Positions 41,601 to 50,313 of a stretch of 64,000 bases of DNA are shown in pieces (position 1 is the first letter of the stretch; each line of letters begins with the position of its first letter). The position numbers were made by a program, and so were the translations under genes. Source of the stretch: Candidatus Eiseniibacteriota bacterium (lineage in GTDB: Bacteria > Eisenbacteria > RBG-16-71-46); contig OY970342.1 in the NCBI GenBank assembly GCA_963717505.1, positions 2,624,001 to 2,688,000 on the forward strand. The letters run 5' to 3'. The notes under the pieces were generated by a model. It was not told the origin of the DNA. It made no database searches and saw nothing but the letters and a program-made list of their open reading frames with translations.

Positions 41601-43392
41601 CGACGAGGGCCTGGCGACCCTGACCCGTTACTACTACCGGGTGACCGCCGTGGATTCCTCGGGGAATGCCTCGCCAGCTTCAGCGGTGTTCGCGGTGAGC
41701 ACGAATCCTCCGACCCACGCCTTCTTCCCGATTCCGATCCCGACCGCCTCGGCTTCGTCGGTCGCGATCGAGCACATTTGGTCCGGCTACCCGCTCAGCA
41801 TCGTGGCCGGCACCGGACGGAGCGAGATGGGCTCGGGCAGCGTGCTGTTCGGCTGGAACCCTGACGGATCGGCGCCGATCGATGCCGACGGTTCGATCGC
41901 GACCAGCGGGGACCTGACCGATCGCGGCCTGACCTACACCGCGCCGCCGTCGGTCGGCGACCTCGACGACAACGGTGAAGTCGAGATGGTGGCTTCTTCG
42001 TGGGACTCGATGCTGACCTTCGTGTTCCAACGGGACGGCAGCGTGCGACCGGGTTGGCCGGTGACCACCGACACACCGGTGTGGTCGTCCGCGGCGCTCG
42101 GGGATCTCGATGGCGACGGCGACTTCGAGGTCGTGTTCGGATCGAACGGCCAGAACATCTACGCGTTCAACCACAACGGCACCGAAGTGCGCGACGGCGA
42201 CGCCAATCCCGCGACGGTCGGCGTATGGCGGCGGGCGGACACCGGATTCAACTACGGCACGCCTTCGCTCGCCGATCTCGATGGCGACGGCAAGGCCGAG
42301 GTCATCATCGGTTCCTCGAACGGCTGGATCTACGCCCAACGTTGGAATGGCACCCCGGCCCCCGGCTGGAACCAGTACCGCGGCGGCGCCGGCGTGCACA
42401 TCTACGGCTCGCTCGCGGTCGGCTATCTGGACGGACCGTCCGACACCGAGCTCGACATCGTCGTGCCGATCCAGCGTGACAACAAGATGGATTCGCTGCT
42501 GGTCCTCCGCGCGAACGGGCAGAACCGCCCCGGCTGGCCGCAAAAGGCCGAGATCGGCGGCGGCTCGCTGCCACCGTCACCCGCGCTCGCCGACATGAAC
42601 AACGATGGCTTCCTCGACATCGTCCATGCCGGGACCGACGGCTTGATCTACGCGTTCAACCGGAACGGAACGCCGATCCTGCCGCTGCACGGCACGCGCT
42701 TCAGCTCGCTGACTCGGACCTCGACCACGTTCTCGACCGAGGCGAGTCCGGTGATCGCCGACATCAACGGCGATGGGCTGAACGACATCGTGATCGGCGA
42801 CGAGTTGGGCTTCCTGACCGCGGTCAGCGCGGACGGCACGATCTTGGCGGGATTCCCGATCCAGCTCGGCGGCGAGATCAAAGCCACCGCGGGCTTGTGC
42901 GACTGCGATGCCGACGGCATGACCGAGATCGTGGTGCCGGGATTGGACGAGATGGTCTACATGTGGGACTACGACTTCCCGTTCTCGCCGGCGGGCAAGC
43001 CGCCGTGGCCGCAGTTCCACCACGACGCGCGGCGCACGGGGTTGGTGACGACGCCGCAGTGGACCGGAGTCGAGGATCCGCCGCCGCCGTCGCCGTCTCC
43101 GGTTCGCACCCTCGAGTTCGCGCCGCCGTCGCCGAACCCGGCGCCGTACGACACGCGCATCTCGTGGGCGGTGCCGGCTTCCGCGGTCGGGACCGAATAC
43201 TCGATCGACATCTACGACCTGACCGGCCGGCGCGTGCGCGAGCTGGCGCGCGGCCCGGCTGCCGCCGGACGCCACGCGATCCAGTGGAACCTGCGCGACG
43301 ACGACCAGCGTCCGATCGAGAGCGGCGTCTACTTCATTCGCTTCCGCTTGGGACGGGAGGTGCGCTCGCACCGGATCGCCGTGCTGCGCTAA
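38629..43392 (+). CDS. C25 (gingipain-family) cysteine peptidase with propeptide, Ig/FN3, FG-GAP repeats and FlgD-Ig/T9SS-like CTD
   Basis: GQPDLP propeptide, YLIIT…LADWKTQKG, VLLGGD, EVYVGR, HIGHG (His), ATNCTS (Cys), LLGDPEL, YYYRVTAVD, several DLDGDG repeats, PNP…YDLTGRRV…GVYF. Confidence 0.9.
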   Translation: MTRCIAAAPFLLLAVLSVLPTPSLAASGSTLEREFRFAGDAVTLASVQGRTEVVVRGAMPTFETGQPDLPWTGEMVELPDGARVTGIEVLEIETEPLGEGVRLPSAQRVTPGLGPTERTPEDPVAFSRPGFQPDSPVQLGVQGFQQGKSMASLRICPVRWDAASGRLERVNRIRVRLILGTADGVPLRRQRDAGDNLGAARRAVAAAAQSVSPDPRGFQPTLLPSVLGSPVEYLIITDDALAPEFQRLADWKTQKGSPAVVRTISLLKQEYPHGADDSDRIRQFIRDAYVRWGTKWVLLGGDVHIVPTRFARTVFYGNENIPCDMYFSCLDGNWNADGDSLFGEGYASPEDLGDNVDLLPEVYVGRATVASLEEAALFVNKTLQYEKTPVGDYENTVLFFAEVLFPQNWTPGQLITMDGAQLAEECLPSLRDHEGIRYVRLYENNTDPLYEPGAYPETKQAVIDSLDRGYNVAVHIGHGYRNVMAVGHGENLDNGNALALTNGNRLFNLYATNCTSNAIDFPCIGEAFLLAPNGGAVTNVGSTRLDFPSAGRAYQKEYFRLVYEDSITAVGEAQAKQKLPFVVYSNTDNVNRWTQFTLLLLGDPELRIFTALPRTLDVLHPGSTFLGDSILAITVQSGGDPVAGATVVAYKAGDEYRRGTTNASGVCNLLFRPDSVGSVTLTVTAYDARPYQATIAISPSFQPVMAERLPVLDDDSVGGTIGNADGKLDAGETVGIVMQVKNAGWATGSGITGTLSTTEPSVSILQSTVSYGTIASGATTNVSSAYRISIPSTFADEREIRFKLLFADGSGRRWDEGFSLVSHARVLRHLSHTVLDPSGNGNGIAEAGETVDFIVRLLNSGTGGAAAVSATLRSEDGLASVTDSTASWGSITPGQEKNGDAFVFHMTSGGAKFRLRVTDAAGQVFNQVLDLVPPAAPLSAGGSGSATSITLYWSKSPEPDLQGYHIDRSSNVGGPFSRLTSIPTERIAYYVDEGLATLTRYYYRVTAVDSSGNASPASAVFAVSTNPPTHAFFPIPIPTASASSVAIEHIWSGYPLSIVAGTGRSEMGSGSVLFGWNPDGSAPIDADGSIATSGDLTDRGLTYTAPPSVGDLDDNGEVEMVASSWDSMLTFVFQRDGSVRPGWPVTTDTPVWSSAALGDLDGDGDFEVVFGSNGQNIYAFNHNGTEVRDGDANPATVGVWRRADTGFNYGTPSLADLDGDGKAEVIIGSSNGWIYAQRWNGTPAPGWNQYRGGAGVHIYGSLAVGYLDGPSDTELDIVVPIQRDNKMDSLLVLRANGQNRPGWPQKAEIGGGSLPPSPALADMNNDGFLDIVHAGTDGLIYAFNRNGTPILPLHGTRFSSLTRTSTTFSTEASPVIADINGDGLNDIVIGDELGFLTAVSADGTILAGFPIQLGGEIKATAGLCDCDADGMTEIVVPGLDEMVYMWDYDFPFSPAGKPPWPQFHHDARRTGLVTTPQWTGVEDPPPPSPSPVRTLEFAPPSPNPAPYDTRISWAVPASAVGTEYSIDIYDLTGRRVRELARGPAAAGRHAIQWNLRDDDQRPIESGVYFIRFRLGREVRSHRIAVLR

Positions 43393-43403
43393 TCTCGCGC
43401 GGC

Positions 43404-44884
43404 ATGAGCGTTCGCGTCCGCTTCGCTCCGAGTCCGACCGGCTACCTGCACGTCGGCGGCGCGCGCACCGCCTGTACAACTAGCTGTTCGCGCGCGGCCA
43501 GGGCGGCATGTTCGTCCTGCGCATCGAGGACACCGACGCGGCGCGCTCGACCGACGAGTCGGTCGCCGCGATCCTCGACAGCATGCGCTGGCTCGGGCTC
43601 ACCTGGGACGAGGGCCCCGACGTCGGCGGGCCGCATGGCCCCTACTTCCAGTCGCAGCGACGGGCGCTCTATCGGCAGCACGCCGACCAGCTGGTGGCGG
43701 CGGGTCGCGCTTATCCCTGCTACTGCACGCCCGAAGAGCTGGAAGCGCGTCGAACCGCGCAGCTCGCGCGCGGCGAGGCGCCGCGCTACGACGGTCGCTG
43801 CCGCGCGCGCGAGCGCCGGCGGAGCGCGCCGCGCGCGCCGCCGAGGGGCGGCCGGCCGCGCTTCGCTTCGCGCTCGAGGCGACGGGCGAGACCGCGTGGG
43901 AGGACATCGATCCGCGGCCGGGTCGCGTTCCAGAACGAAGTGCTCGACGACTTCGTGCTGCTGCGCTCCGACGGCCTGCCGACCTACAACTTCGCCTGCG
44001 TCGTCGACGACCACGACGATGGAGATCACCCACGTGGTCCGTGGCGACGACCACATCTCGAACACGCCGCGCCAGCTGCTGCTGTATCGCGGCCTTCGGC
44101 TGGAGCCGCCCGTTGTTCGCGCACGTGCCGATGATCCTCGGCGCCGACGGCACGCGGCTCTCCAAGCGCCACGGCGCCACCTCGGTCGCCTCGTTCGCGC
44201 GAGCTGGGCTACCTGCCCGAGGCACTCGACAACTTCCTGGCGCTGCTCGGCTGGTCGTACGACGGCACGACCGAGCTGTTCTCGCTCGCCGAGCTGGCGC
44301 AGAAGTTTCGGCTCGAGCGGGTCGGATCGAACCCGGCGGTGTTCAACCCGAGAAGCTCGAGTGGATGAACGGCCAGCACCTGAAGCGGCTGCCCGAGGAC
44401 GAGCGCGTGCGGCTCGTCGACCGAACACCTGACGGCGCGCGGCTACGACCTGGCGGGCACGCGACTCCGGAATGGATCGCGACGCTGGTGCGCGCGATCG
44501 GCGATCGGCTCAAGACGCTCGAGGACGCCGAGCGCTACGGCACTTTCGCGCTGCAGGAGCCGCTCGAGATCGACGAGACGGCATGGGCGGTAGTGCGCGA
44601 GAAGCCGCAGGTCGCGGAGCGGCTCGAGGCGCTGGCGGAGCAGGTGGAAGCCGATCGCGAGTTCTCCCTCGCGAGCCTCGAGCGCGAGACGCGTTCGCTC
44701 GCGACCGCAGCTCGGAATCAAGGCCGGCGAGCTGATCGGCATCGCGCGGGTCGCGCTGACCGGCCGCAAGGTGAGCCCCGGGATCTTCGAGGTGATGTGG
44801 CTGTTGGGAAGGGAACGCGCCGTCCGGCGTTTGCGGGAAGCCGCGTCACGCTGGCGGCAGGAGTCTCCGCTCGCGAGCGTGTAA
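43404..44884 (+). CDS. gltX: Glutamate--tRNA ligase (frameshifted in this sequence)
   Basis: [55 protein letters not shown] and [15 protein letters not shown], split over frames. TAA at 44882. Confidence 0.93.
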
Positions 44885-44987
44885 CGGGGGAGGGCGGTTC
44901 GGCCGTTCGGCCCGTATCCGCGGTTCCGGACCGCATCGTCCTTGCTCGAATCGCGGCGCCGCTGGTAGCGTGGCGCGCCGTTTTCGC

Positions 44988-45061
44988 TGCCCGGTGGTGT
45001 AACGGTAGCACGACTGGCTCTGGACCAGTTAGTCGAGGTTCGAATCCTTGCCGGGCAGCCA
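44988..45061 (+). tRNA. tRNA-Gln(CTG)
   Basis: Acceptor TGCCCGG/CCGGGCA, anticodon arm ACTGG-CTCTGGA-CCAGT, GGTTCGAATCC T-arm, encoded CCA. Confidence 0.95.
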
Positions 45062-45161
45062 CTCCACGAAGTCTCGCGCATCGAAACGCGCGAAACTTGA
45101 CCGTCGGCGCAGCGTTTTCTAGATTCGCCGGCCTTCGGCGCGACCGCTGGGTCGCGCACGT

Positions 45162-45270
45162 GGCGCTATCGTCTAGGGGTCTAGGACAGGTGGTTCTCAG
45201 CCATCAGACCGGGGTTCGAATCCCCGTTCTCAGCCATCAGACCGGGGTTCGAATCCCCGTAGCGCTACCA
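45162..45270 (+). tRNA. tRNA-Glu(CTC) carrying a 33-bp internal tandem duplication
   Basis: Acceptor GGCGCTA/TAGCGCT, anticodon arm GGTGG-TTCTCAG-CCATC, T-arm GGGGTTCGAATCCCC, CCA. Removing one repeat copy gives 76 nt. Confidence 0.88.
45193..45258 (+). repeat. Exact tandem repeat, 2 x 33 bp (GTTCTCAGCCATCAGACCGGGGTTCGAATCCCC)
   Basis: Copies at 45193-45225 and 45226-45258, read directly. Confidence 0.95.
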
Positions 45271-45538
45271 ACGTTGCAACGATTTGCTGCGCTGTAAACG
45301 CCTCCGGCGCCCCTCAACACGGTCTCAATGACGCCCAGCCGGTTCCGGGTGCGTCTGCTATGGGAGCGACCCTCCGCTTCAGACCGCAAGGCCCTTCACT
45401 TGCGCTCGAGCGAGCCGGACGTGGTGCGCTTCCCGGGGTGGAGACCTGCAGGAATGACTTCTCGACCGGGCAAGTCTAGACTTCGTCATCGATGCAAGGG
45501 GACGAGTTTTTTCAAGACCTTACCGATGGAGGAGCACG

Positions 45539-45979
45539 GTGAAGATCGTTCAAGCTGCTCTCGGTGTACTCCTTTTGCTTGCTCTACCGGGTTGCGAGAA
45601 GGGCGACACGGGACCCATGGGGCCGGCTGGACCTCCCGGGCCACCGGGCCCCAGCGTGATTCTTGGCTATGCATCCGTGTCCTCAGGAGGCGCCGATCCC
45701 ACTCCCTTTGTGGGCAACTGGGGTGGGCCATCGATCACCAAGGTGACGTGCGAGAGGACCGCGCCCGGGAACTACGTCGTGCACTTCACGGGGGCAGGTT
45801 TCCTCAACGAAACGTACACTGCAATCAGCACGTCGACGACCAATGCCTCCGGCCATGAGGTCTATGGATTCGCCTTCTTCGCTTCGGACACGACCTTCGA
45901 CGCGAATGTGAACGTGTGGGAAGCAGGCAGGACAGGCGTGACCGTCGACGGGAGCTTCTCGCTGGTCGTGCTCAAGTAG
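45539..45979 (+). CDS. Small lipoprotein with short collagen-like Gly-X-Y repeat
   Basis: GTG with GGAGGAG RBS, lipobox LPGC, GDTGPMGPAGPPGPPGPS, beta-rich C-terminal domain. Confidence 0.75.
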   Translation: MKIVQAALGVLLLLALPGCEKGDTGPMGPAGPPGPPGPSVILGYASVSSGGADPTPFVGNWGGPSITKVTCERTAPGNYVVHFTGAGFLNETYTAISTSTTNASGHEVYGFAFFASDTTFDANVNVWEAGRTGVTVDGSFSLVVLK

Positions 45980-46178
45980 TCAGGGGAGATCCTCACTACA
46001 AGGTCAGAGCGCGACGCGGTAGACGTGAGTCGCGCGAATGCTTGTTCCGTTTCGGAGTAGGCCCCCGAAATACCGGCCCCGGAGTCGGAAGAGCCAACGT
46101 GGTAGCGCTGGAGGCTACGCGCTGACCCGTGCACCTAGTCATGCGGCGAGTGCGTGACGGAGAGCATCCATCTCGCGG

Positions 46179-46226
46179 AGCCATGAGGCGATCGGGTTCG
46201 TCCCCGCTCCCCGAAGGGCTACCAAC
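46179..46226 (+). repeat. Degenerate copy of tRNA-Glu 3' half (att remnant)
   Basis: AGCCAT…GGGTTCG…TCCCCG…GCTACCAAC is collinear with tRNA AGCCAT…GGGTTCGAATCCCCGTAGCGCTACCAAC. Confidence 0.5.
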
Positions 46227-46860
46227 TTGGTGATCGGCGCGCGACTGGCGGCCGGCCGCTACGACCCGCCCGACGACCGCTCCTGACGACCAGCAGCGCG
46301 CCGGCTCCGGTCGGCGCGAGCGCCTCCGTGACGCGCTCGTCGGCGCTGACCAACTCGCGCAACGGGGCCACCTGGTCGGCGTGCGAGAGTACGTTATCGA
46401 CGACCAGCAGTCCGCCGGGTGCGAGCACGCGGACGAGGTCAGCCCAGTAGCCCGCGTAGGCCGGCCGCTCTGCGTCGAGAAAAATTAGCCCCCACTCGTC
46501 GTCAGCGGAGGCGGCTAGCGTTCGCGCCGCGTCGTCGGTGCGCAGCTGGGCATGGCCGTCCAGACCCGCGGCGGCGAGGTTTTCCCGCGCCTGCCGCGTG
46601 CGTGCAGGGTCGATCTCGACGGACACGAGCACTGAGCCAACGGCCCTGGCGGCATCGGCGAGCCACACAGTGGAGTAGCCGTTCGACGTGCCGAGCTCGA
46701 GAATCCGGTCAGGTTGCAGGGAGCGCACGAGCACGGCGAGCAGCGCCGCCGTGTCGGGCTCGACGTTACGCAGGCGGTCGAGCCGGTCCTCCTTCGCCGC
46801 ATCGTGGTCGCGCCCGTGGCGATAGAGGTCGCCGAGGAAACGCTGAAGCTGCGTGTCCAT
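46219..46860 (-). CDS. Class I SAM-dependent O-methyltransferase
   Basis: ILELGTSNGYSTVWLA, IFLDAER, PGGLLVVDNVLSH. RBS GGAGGGA. Confidence 0.9.
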   Translation of the reverse strand: MDTQLQRFLGDLYRHGRDHDAAKEDRLDRLRNVEPDTAALLAVLVRSLQPDRILELGTSNGYSTVWLADAARAVGSVLVSVEIDPARTRQARENLAAAGLDGHAQLRTDDAARTLAASADDEWGLIFLDAERPAYAGYWADLVRVLAPGGLLVVDNVLSHADQVAPLRELVSADERVTEALAPTGAGALLVVRSGRRAGRSGRPPVARRSPSW

Positions 46861-46905
46861 CCGTCCCTCCGAGTCAGTTGCCCAGGTTGTTGTCAGCCAG
46901 GTTGG

Positions 46906-47718
46906 CTAATGCGGCGCCGCCAACCGCGCCTCGTCCAATCTGCCCGGAAAGTAGGCAACATTGTGGAAGGCCTCGCGAGCAAGAGCCTCCGCCACGTATC
47001 GCGCCGTGGCAGCATCAGGCCCCAGAACGATGACGCGTGTGTTGTGGTCTTCCATGGGCAGCCGCCCATCGTCCTTGGCTCGCTTGAGCTCCCCGACATC
47101 CTTCCCCTCGAGCACCAGGCTGCGCGGGATGTTGCGCGCCCCCGATATCGTCCCCTTATTGAACTCGTCCGCCTCCCGCACGTCGAGAAGAACTGCGGTG
47201 CGGTCTTGGGCCAGGACATACCGGAGTCCCGCAGAATCGATCTCGCATACGCCACCGAGCGCCCGCCACACGGGTATGCCAAGTTGGTACCGTCTCACGT
47301 TGGTGAATCCAGCACCGAGAAGCTCCTCCGCCAGACGCTTGCTTTTCCCGCAGAACGGCCCGTTGCAGTAGAGCACCAGTGGTGCTGTTTTGTCGCCCTT
47401 GAGGACCCGGCCAATCTCCGCCACGTCCGAGACATACATGGACATCGGGACCCCCGCCTTGGCCGCCACGTTGCGGGCACCTGGAATGTGGCTGACCGCG
47501 TACTCGAGGAAGGGCCGCGTATCCAACACCGTGGCAGTTCCCTCCGCAAGAATGTGACGCAGCTCCTCCGTGGACACTTCTGAAGTGCGCTGGTTGGATT
47601 CGCCAAGCACCGCCTGATGAATGGTCTTCGCTTCTTCGGCGTGCGCTGTGAGCGCGACGGCCGCCAGCAAGGCGACCACGCGAGTCGTTAGTTTCAAGCC
47701 CGATCCCGGGTTGCTCAT
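46906..47718 (-). CDS. Secreted tandem rhodanese-domain protein
   Basis: ATG at 47718 with AAGGAGGAG RBS. Signal peptide, LDTRP…HIPGA…LYCNGPFCGKS, and a second domain LDVRE…ISGA. Confidence 0.85.
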   Translation of the reverse strand: MSNPGSGLKLTTRVVALLAAVALTAHAEEAKTIHQAVLGESNQRTSEVSTEELRHILAEGTATVLDTRPFLEYAVSHIPGARNVAAKAGVPMSMYVSDVAEIGRVLKGDKTAPLVLYCNGPFCGKSKRLAEELLGAGFTNVRRYQLGIPVWRALGGVCEIDSAGLRYVLAQDRTAVLLDVREADEFNKGTISGARNIPRSLVLEGKDVGELKRAKDDGRLPMEDHNTRVIVLGPDAATARYVAEALAREAFHNVAYFPGRLDEARLAAPH

Positions 47719-47789
47719 ACGCTCCTCCTTGTCCTGATGGCCGACCGACAAAGAACGGCTGATGCCCGAGGCGCACGGCCTCGGTCTTC

Positions 47790-49688
47790 TTAAGGGGACG
47801 GGTCCAACCGCGAGGGACTCATGAACAGGTCGTCCCACAAGTGAACGCCCAGCACCGCAAGCAGGGACAACGCGTGATTTGCCGTGCGGGCGCGGTGTTG
47901 TTCGAATATCGCCGTGACGAACGGTGGGTCGAAATAACCGCGCCGCCGAACCTCCTCTGCGGAGAGTAGATCAGCCACGAACTCGGGTGGGTTGCGCAGC
48001 CACTGACTGTAAGGGATGGACAAGGGGTGCTTGGTGCGCCACAGGATTTCCGGCGGCAGGTCGTTGCGCAGGGCGTGCCGGAGGATGAACTTCTCCTGGC
48101 GCCCACGCATCTTGAGGGCAGGCGGAATTTGCGCGCACATTTCCACTAGCTCGTGATCGAGAAATGGCACGCGCACCTCGAGGCTGTGAGCCATGGACAT
48201 CGAATCGAGGTACCGGTTGATGAAATTGGGCAAGCGGATGCGAGTCTCGACATAGAGGAGCTGCGAGAAGGGGTGCCACCGCTTGAAGCTGTCGGGGAGC
48301 GTCAGCATGTCATCGCCATCCACCTGTGTCGCCAAAGTCTCCCGCAATTCGCCTGACAACAGGCGCGCATCGAAACCCAAGTTCGTCGTGTCGATCATCT
48401 GCCGGTAGCGCGCCAGGTTCAGGTCGGCGGGGCCGTTCAGGATGCGAGCCGCCCGCGGCCACCGCTGCCTGACCATCGGAACCCGGCTCAGCCATGAGCG
48501 GATGCCGGGCGGAAGCCGGGTCAAGAAGTGCAGCAACTCGTGATTCCGGAACCAAGCGTAGCCGCCGAACAATTCGTCGGAGCCTTCGCCGCTCAGCACG
48601 ACCTTGACGTGGCGCGCGCTCAGCTCGGCGAGAATCGACCGCGCGATCGCGAAGCCGACCGCCTGCGGATCCTCGCCGTGCCAAACCGCGAAGCGAACTC
48701 GCTCGAAGTCTCGCGTCGTGCACTCCACGCGGTGATCGACGAGTCGGTACTTCGGGAAGTCGCTCAGGATGCGATTCTGACGGAGCTCATCGAACCGAGG
48801 GTTCTCGAACCCGAGGCTGAACGTGTGAACAGGTTGGGCCGTGGCGTCGCGCATCAGGCTTACGACCACACTCGAGTCGATGCCGGCGCTGAGCCAGGCG
48901 CCGACCGGGACGTCGCTGCGCAGGTGGAGGCGCACCGATTCCTCGAGCTTGTCGCGGAGCCGAGCCGCCCACTCGTCAGCGTTCAAGTGCGGCGCGCCGT
49001 CTCTCGCATCCGGGAAACTCAGGTCCCAGTACCGGTGAGTCGAAAAGGATCCAGGCTCGTATAGAACATAGTGGCCGGGCAGGACCTGACGGATCGAGGC
49101 AAACAGGGTGCGAGGCGCGAGGACGAAGCTGAACGTCATGAGATCGCGGAGCGCCGAGGGATCGAGCCGACGCTCCACACGATCGGAGGTCAGAATGGCC
49201 TTGAGCTCAGAGCCGAAGTACAGCCCTTCCGGGGTTTCGGCGTAGCAAAGGGGCTTGATGCCGAACCGGTCGCGCGCGAGCAGGAGGCGACGGCGGCGAG
49301 CGTCCCACAGAGCGAATCCGAACATGCCGCGAAGGCGAGTGAGGCAGTCGAGGCCGTGCTGCTCGTAGAGGTGGACGATGACTTCGATGTCGGAGCCGGT
49401 GCGAAACCGGTGGCCGGTGGATTCTAGTTCTGCGCGCAGCTCCTTGAAGTTGTAGATCTCTCCATTGCCCACCACCGTGACGGTATCGTCCTCATTGGAG
49501 ATCGGCTGATCGCCGGTCTCGAGGTCGATGATGCTCAGGCGGCGGATGCCCAAGCCGACGCCGGCCCCGACGTGAAAGCCCTCGCTGTCCGGGCCGCGGT
49601 GGCGCAGACTGTCGGTCATGCGCCGGAGCATGCTCTGGTCGACCGGACGCGCTGGATCGGAGTAGACGACGCCGCAAATCCCGCACAT
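47790..49688 (-). CDS. asnB: Asparagine synthase (glutamine-hydrolysing)-family amidotransferase
   Basis: MCGICG, HRGPD, RRLSIID, NGEIYN, RDRFGIKPL, LSAGIDSS, LSGEGSDELFGGY, EVRVPFLD. Confidence 0.93.
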   Translation of the reverse strand: MCGICGVVYSDPARPVDQSMLRRMTDSLRHRGPDSEGFHVGAGVGLGIRRLSIIDLETGDQPISNEDDTVTVVGNGEIYNFKELRAELESTGHRFRTGSDIEVIVHLYEQHGLDCLTRLRGMFGFALWDARRRRLLLARDRFGIKPLCYAETPEGLYFGSELKAILTSDRVERRLDPSALRDLMTFSFVLAPRTLFASIRQVLPGHYVLYEPGSFSTHRYWDLSFPDARDGAPHLNADEWAARLRDKLEESVRLHLRSDVPVGAWLSAGIDSSVVVSLMRDATAQPVHTFSLGFENPRFDELRQNRILSDFPKYRLVDHRVECTTRDFERVRFAVWHGEDPQAVGFAIARSILAELSARHVKVVLSGEGSDELFGGYAWFRNHELLHFLTRLPPGIRSWLSRVPMVRQRWPRAARILNGPADLNLARYRQMIDTTNLGFDARLLSGELRETLATQVDGDDMLTLPDSFKRWHPFSQLLYVETRIRLPNFINRYLDSMSMAHSLEVRVPFLDHELVEMCAQIPPALKMRGRQEKFILRHALRNDLPPEILWRTKHPLSIPYSQWLRNPPEFVADLLSAEEVRRRGYFDPPFVTAIFEQHRARTANHALSLLAVLGVHLWDDLFMSPSRLDPSP

Positions 49689-49714
49689 GGTTCCGCGAGT
49701 CTACACGGCCCACT

Positions 49715-49756
49715 AGCCATTGGGACCGGGACTTGAATCTCCGTAGCGCTACCAAC
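49715..49756 (+). repeat. Degenerate copy of tRNA-Glu 3' half (attR-like)
   Basis: AGCCATTGGGACCGGGACTTGAATCTCCGTAGCGCTACCAAC versus tRNA AGCCATCAGACCGGGGTTCGAATCCCCGTAGCGCTACCAAC; the last 16 nt are identical. Confidence 0.85.
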
Positions 49757-50260
49757 TCAGCCGGTCGACTCCTGCCGCCCCTGGAACTGCGGCTCCGAGA
49801 GGAATCGCTCGATCTGCCGCCGGTGGCGGAGCACGTGGACGATGGCATGCTCGAGCGACTGTTCGAGATCGTAGGTCGGCCCCCATGGGGTCTCGATCTT
49901 CACCGCCATGATCTGCTCGTCCGTCATCTCCCAATGGCCTTCGAGCGTCTCGTCCGTGAACGCGAGCATCGCCCGAAGCCGGTCGAGACTCTGTGCCCGT
50001 GACATGGGCAGCACTTCGGGCCGTGTGGTGGGAACCCCGAACGCGTTTCGAATCCTGGTCGCATACCCGTAGCCGGCATTGACCACGTGATGCATCACGG
50101 TCTGGATCGACCGACAGGATTCGTCCTGCGTTTTCAGATCGCGGAGTCGTTCGAAGGCTGCTTCGTCGATGCCCTCGATGACCCGCACCAGATCCGCGGC
50201 CGCCCGCTCGTACTCGTCCATCATCGCGCCGACGCCGCCCTTGCGGTATTTCCTGGTCAT
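49757..50260 (-). CDS. DinB/YfiT-family protein (copy 1)
   Basis: SIQTVMHHVV…LEHAIVHVLRHRRQI His triad. GGAGG RBS. Confidence 0.85.
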   Translation of the reverse strand: MTRKYRKGGVGAMMDEYERAAADLVRVIEGIDEAAFERLRDLKTQDESCRSIQTVMHHVVNAGYGYATRIRNAFGVPTTRPEVLPMSRAQSLDRLRAMLAFTDETLEGHWEMTDEQIMAVKIETPWGPTYDLEQSLEHAIVHVLRHRRQIERFLSEPQFQGRQESTG

Positions 50261-50313
50261 GGTTTCGAGTCCTCCCTAGAACTCCGAGCGCCGCGGTCCG
50301 TTCGCCGAATCCA

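Larger units (their letters stand above)
45273..49756. mobile_element. Putative integrase-less genomic islet at the tRNA-Glu 3' end
   Basis: CCGTAGCGCTACCAAC at 45257-45272 is repeated exactly at 49741-49756 inside a degenerate tRNA 3'-half copy. The cargo is functionally unrelated accessory genes. Confidence 0.6.

Noticed and set aside
43404-44884. gltX as a true pseudogene or recoded gene
   Set aside because: Essential gene with all motifs conserved. Scattered indels without slippery-site logic fit sequence error better.
45193-45258. 33-bp repeat as a CRISPR array
   Set aside because: Only two abutting copies, no spacer, the sequence is tRNA-derived, and no cas genes are present.
47766-47791. 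CCGAGGC-N5-GCCTCGG hairpin as a terminator
   Set aside because: The T-rich tail is on the strand opposite the flanking genes and the stem is short, so function is ambiguous.
47790-49688. asnB as a lasso-peptide cyclase in a RiPP cluster
   Set aside because: It has an intact N-terminal Cys glutaminase domain, and no adjacent B protein, RRE or precursor is visible.
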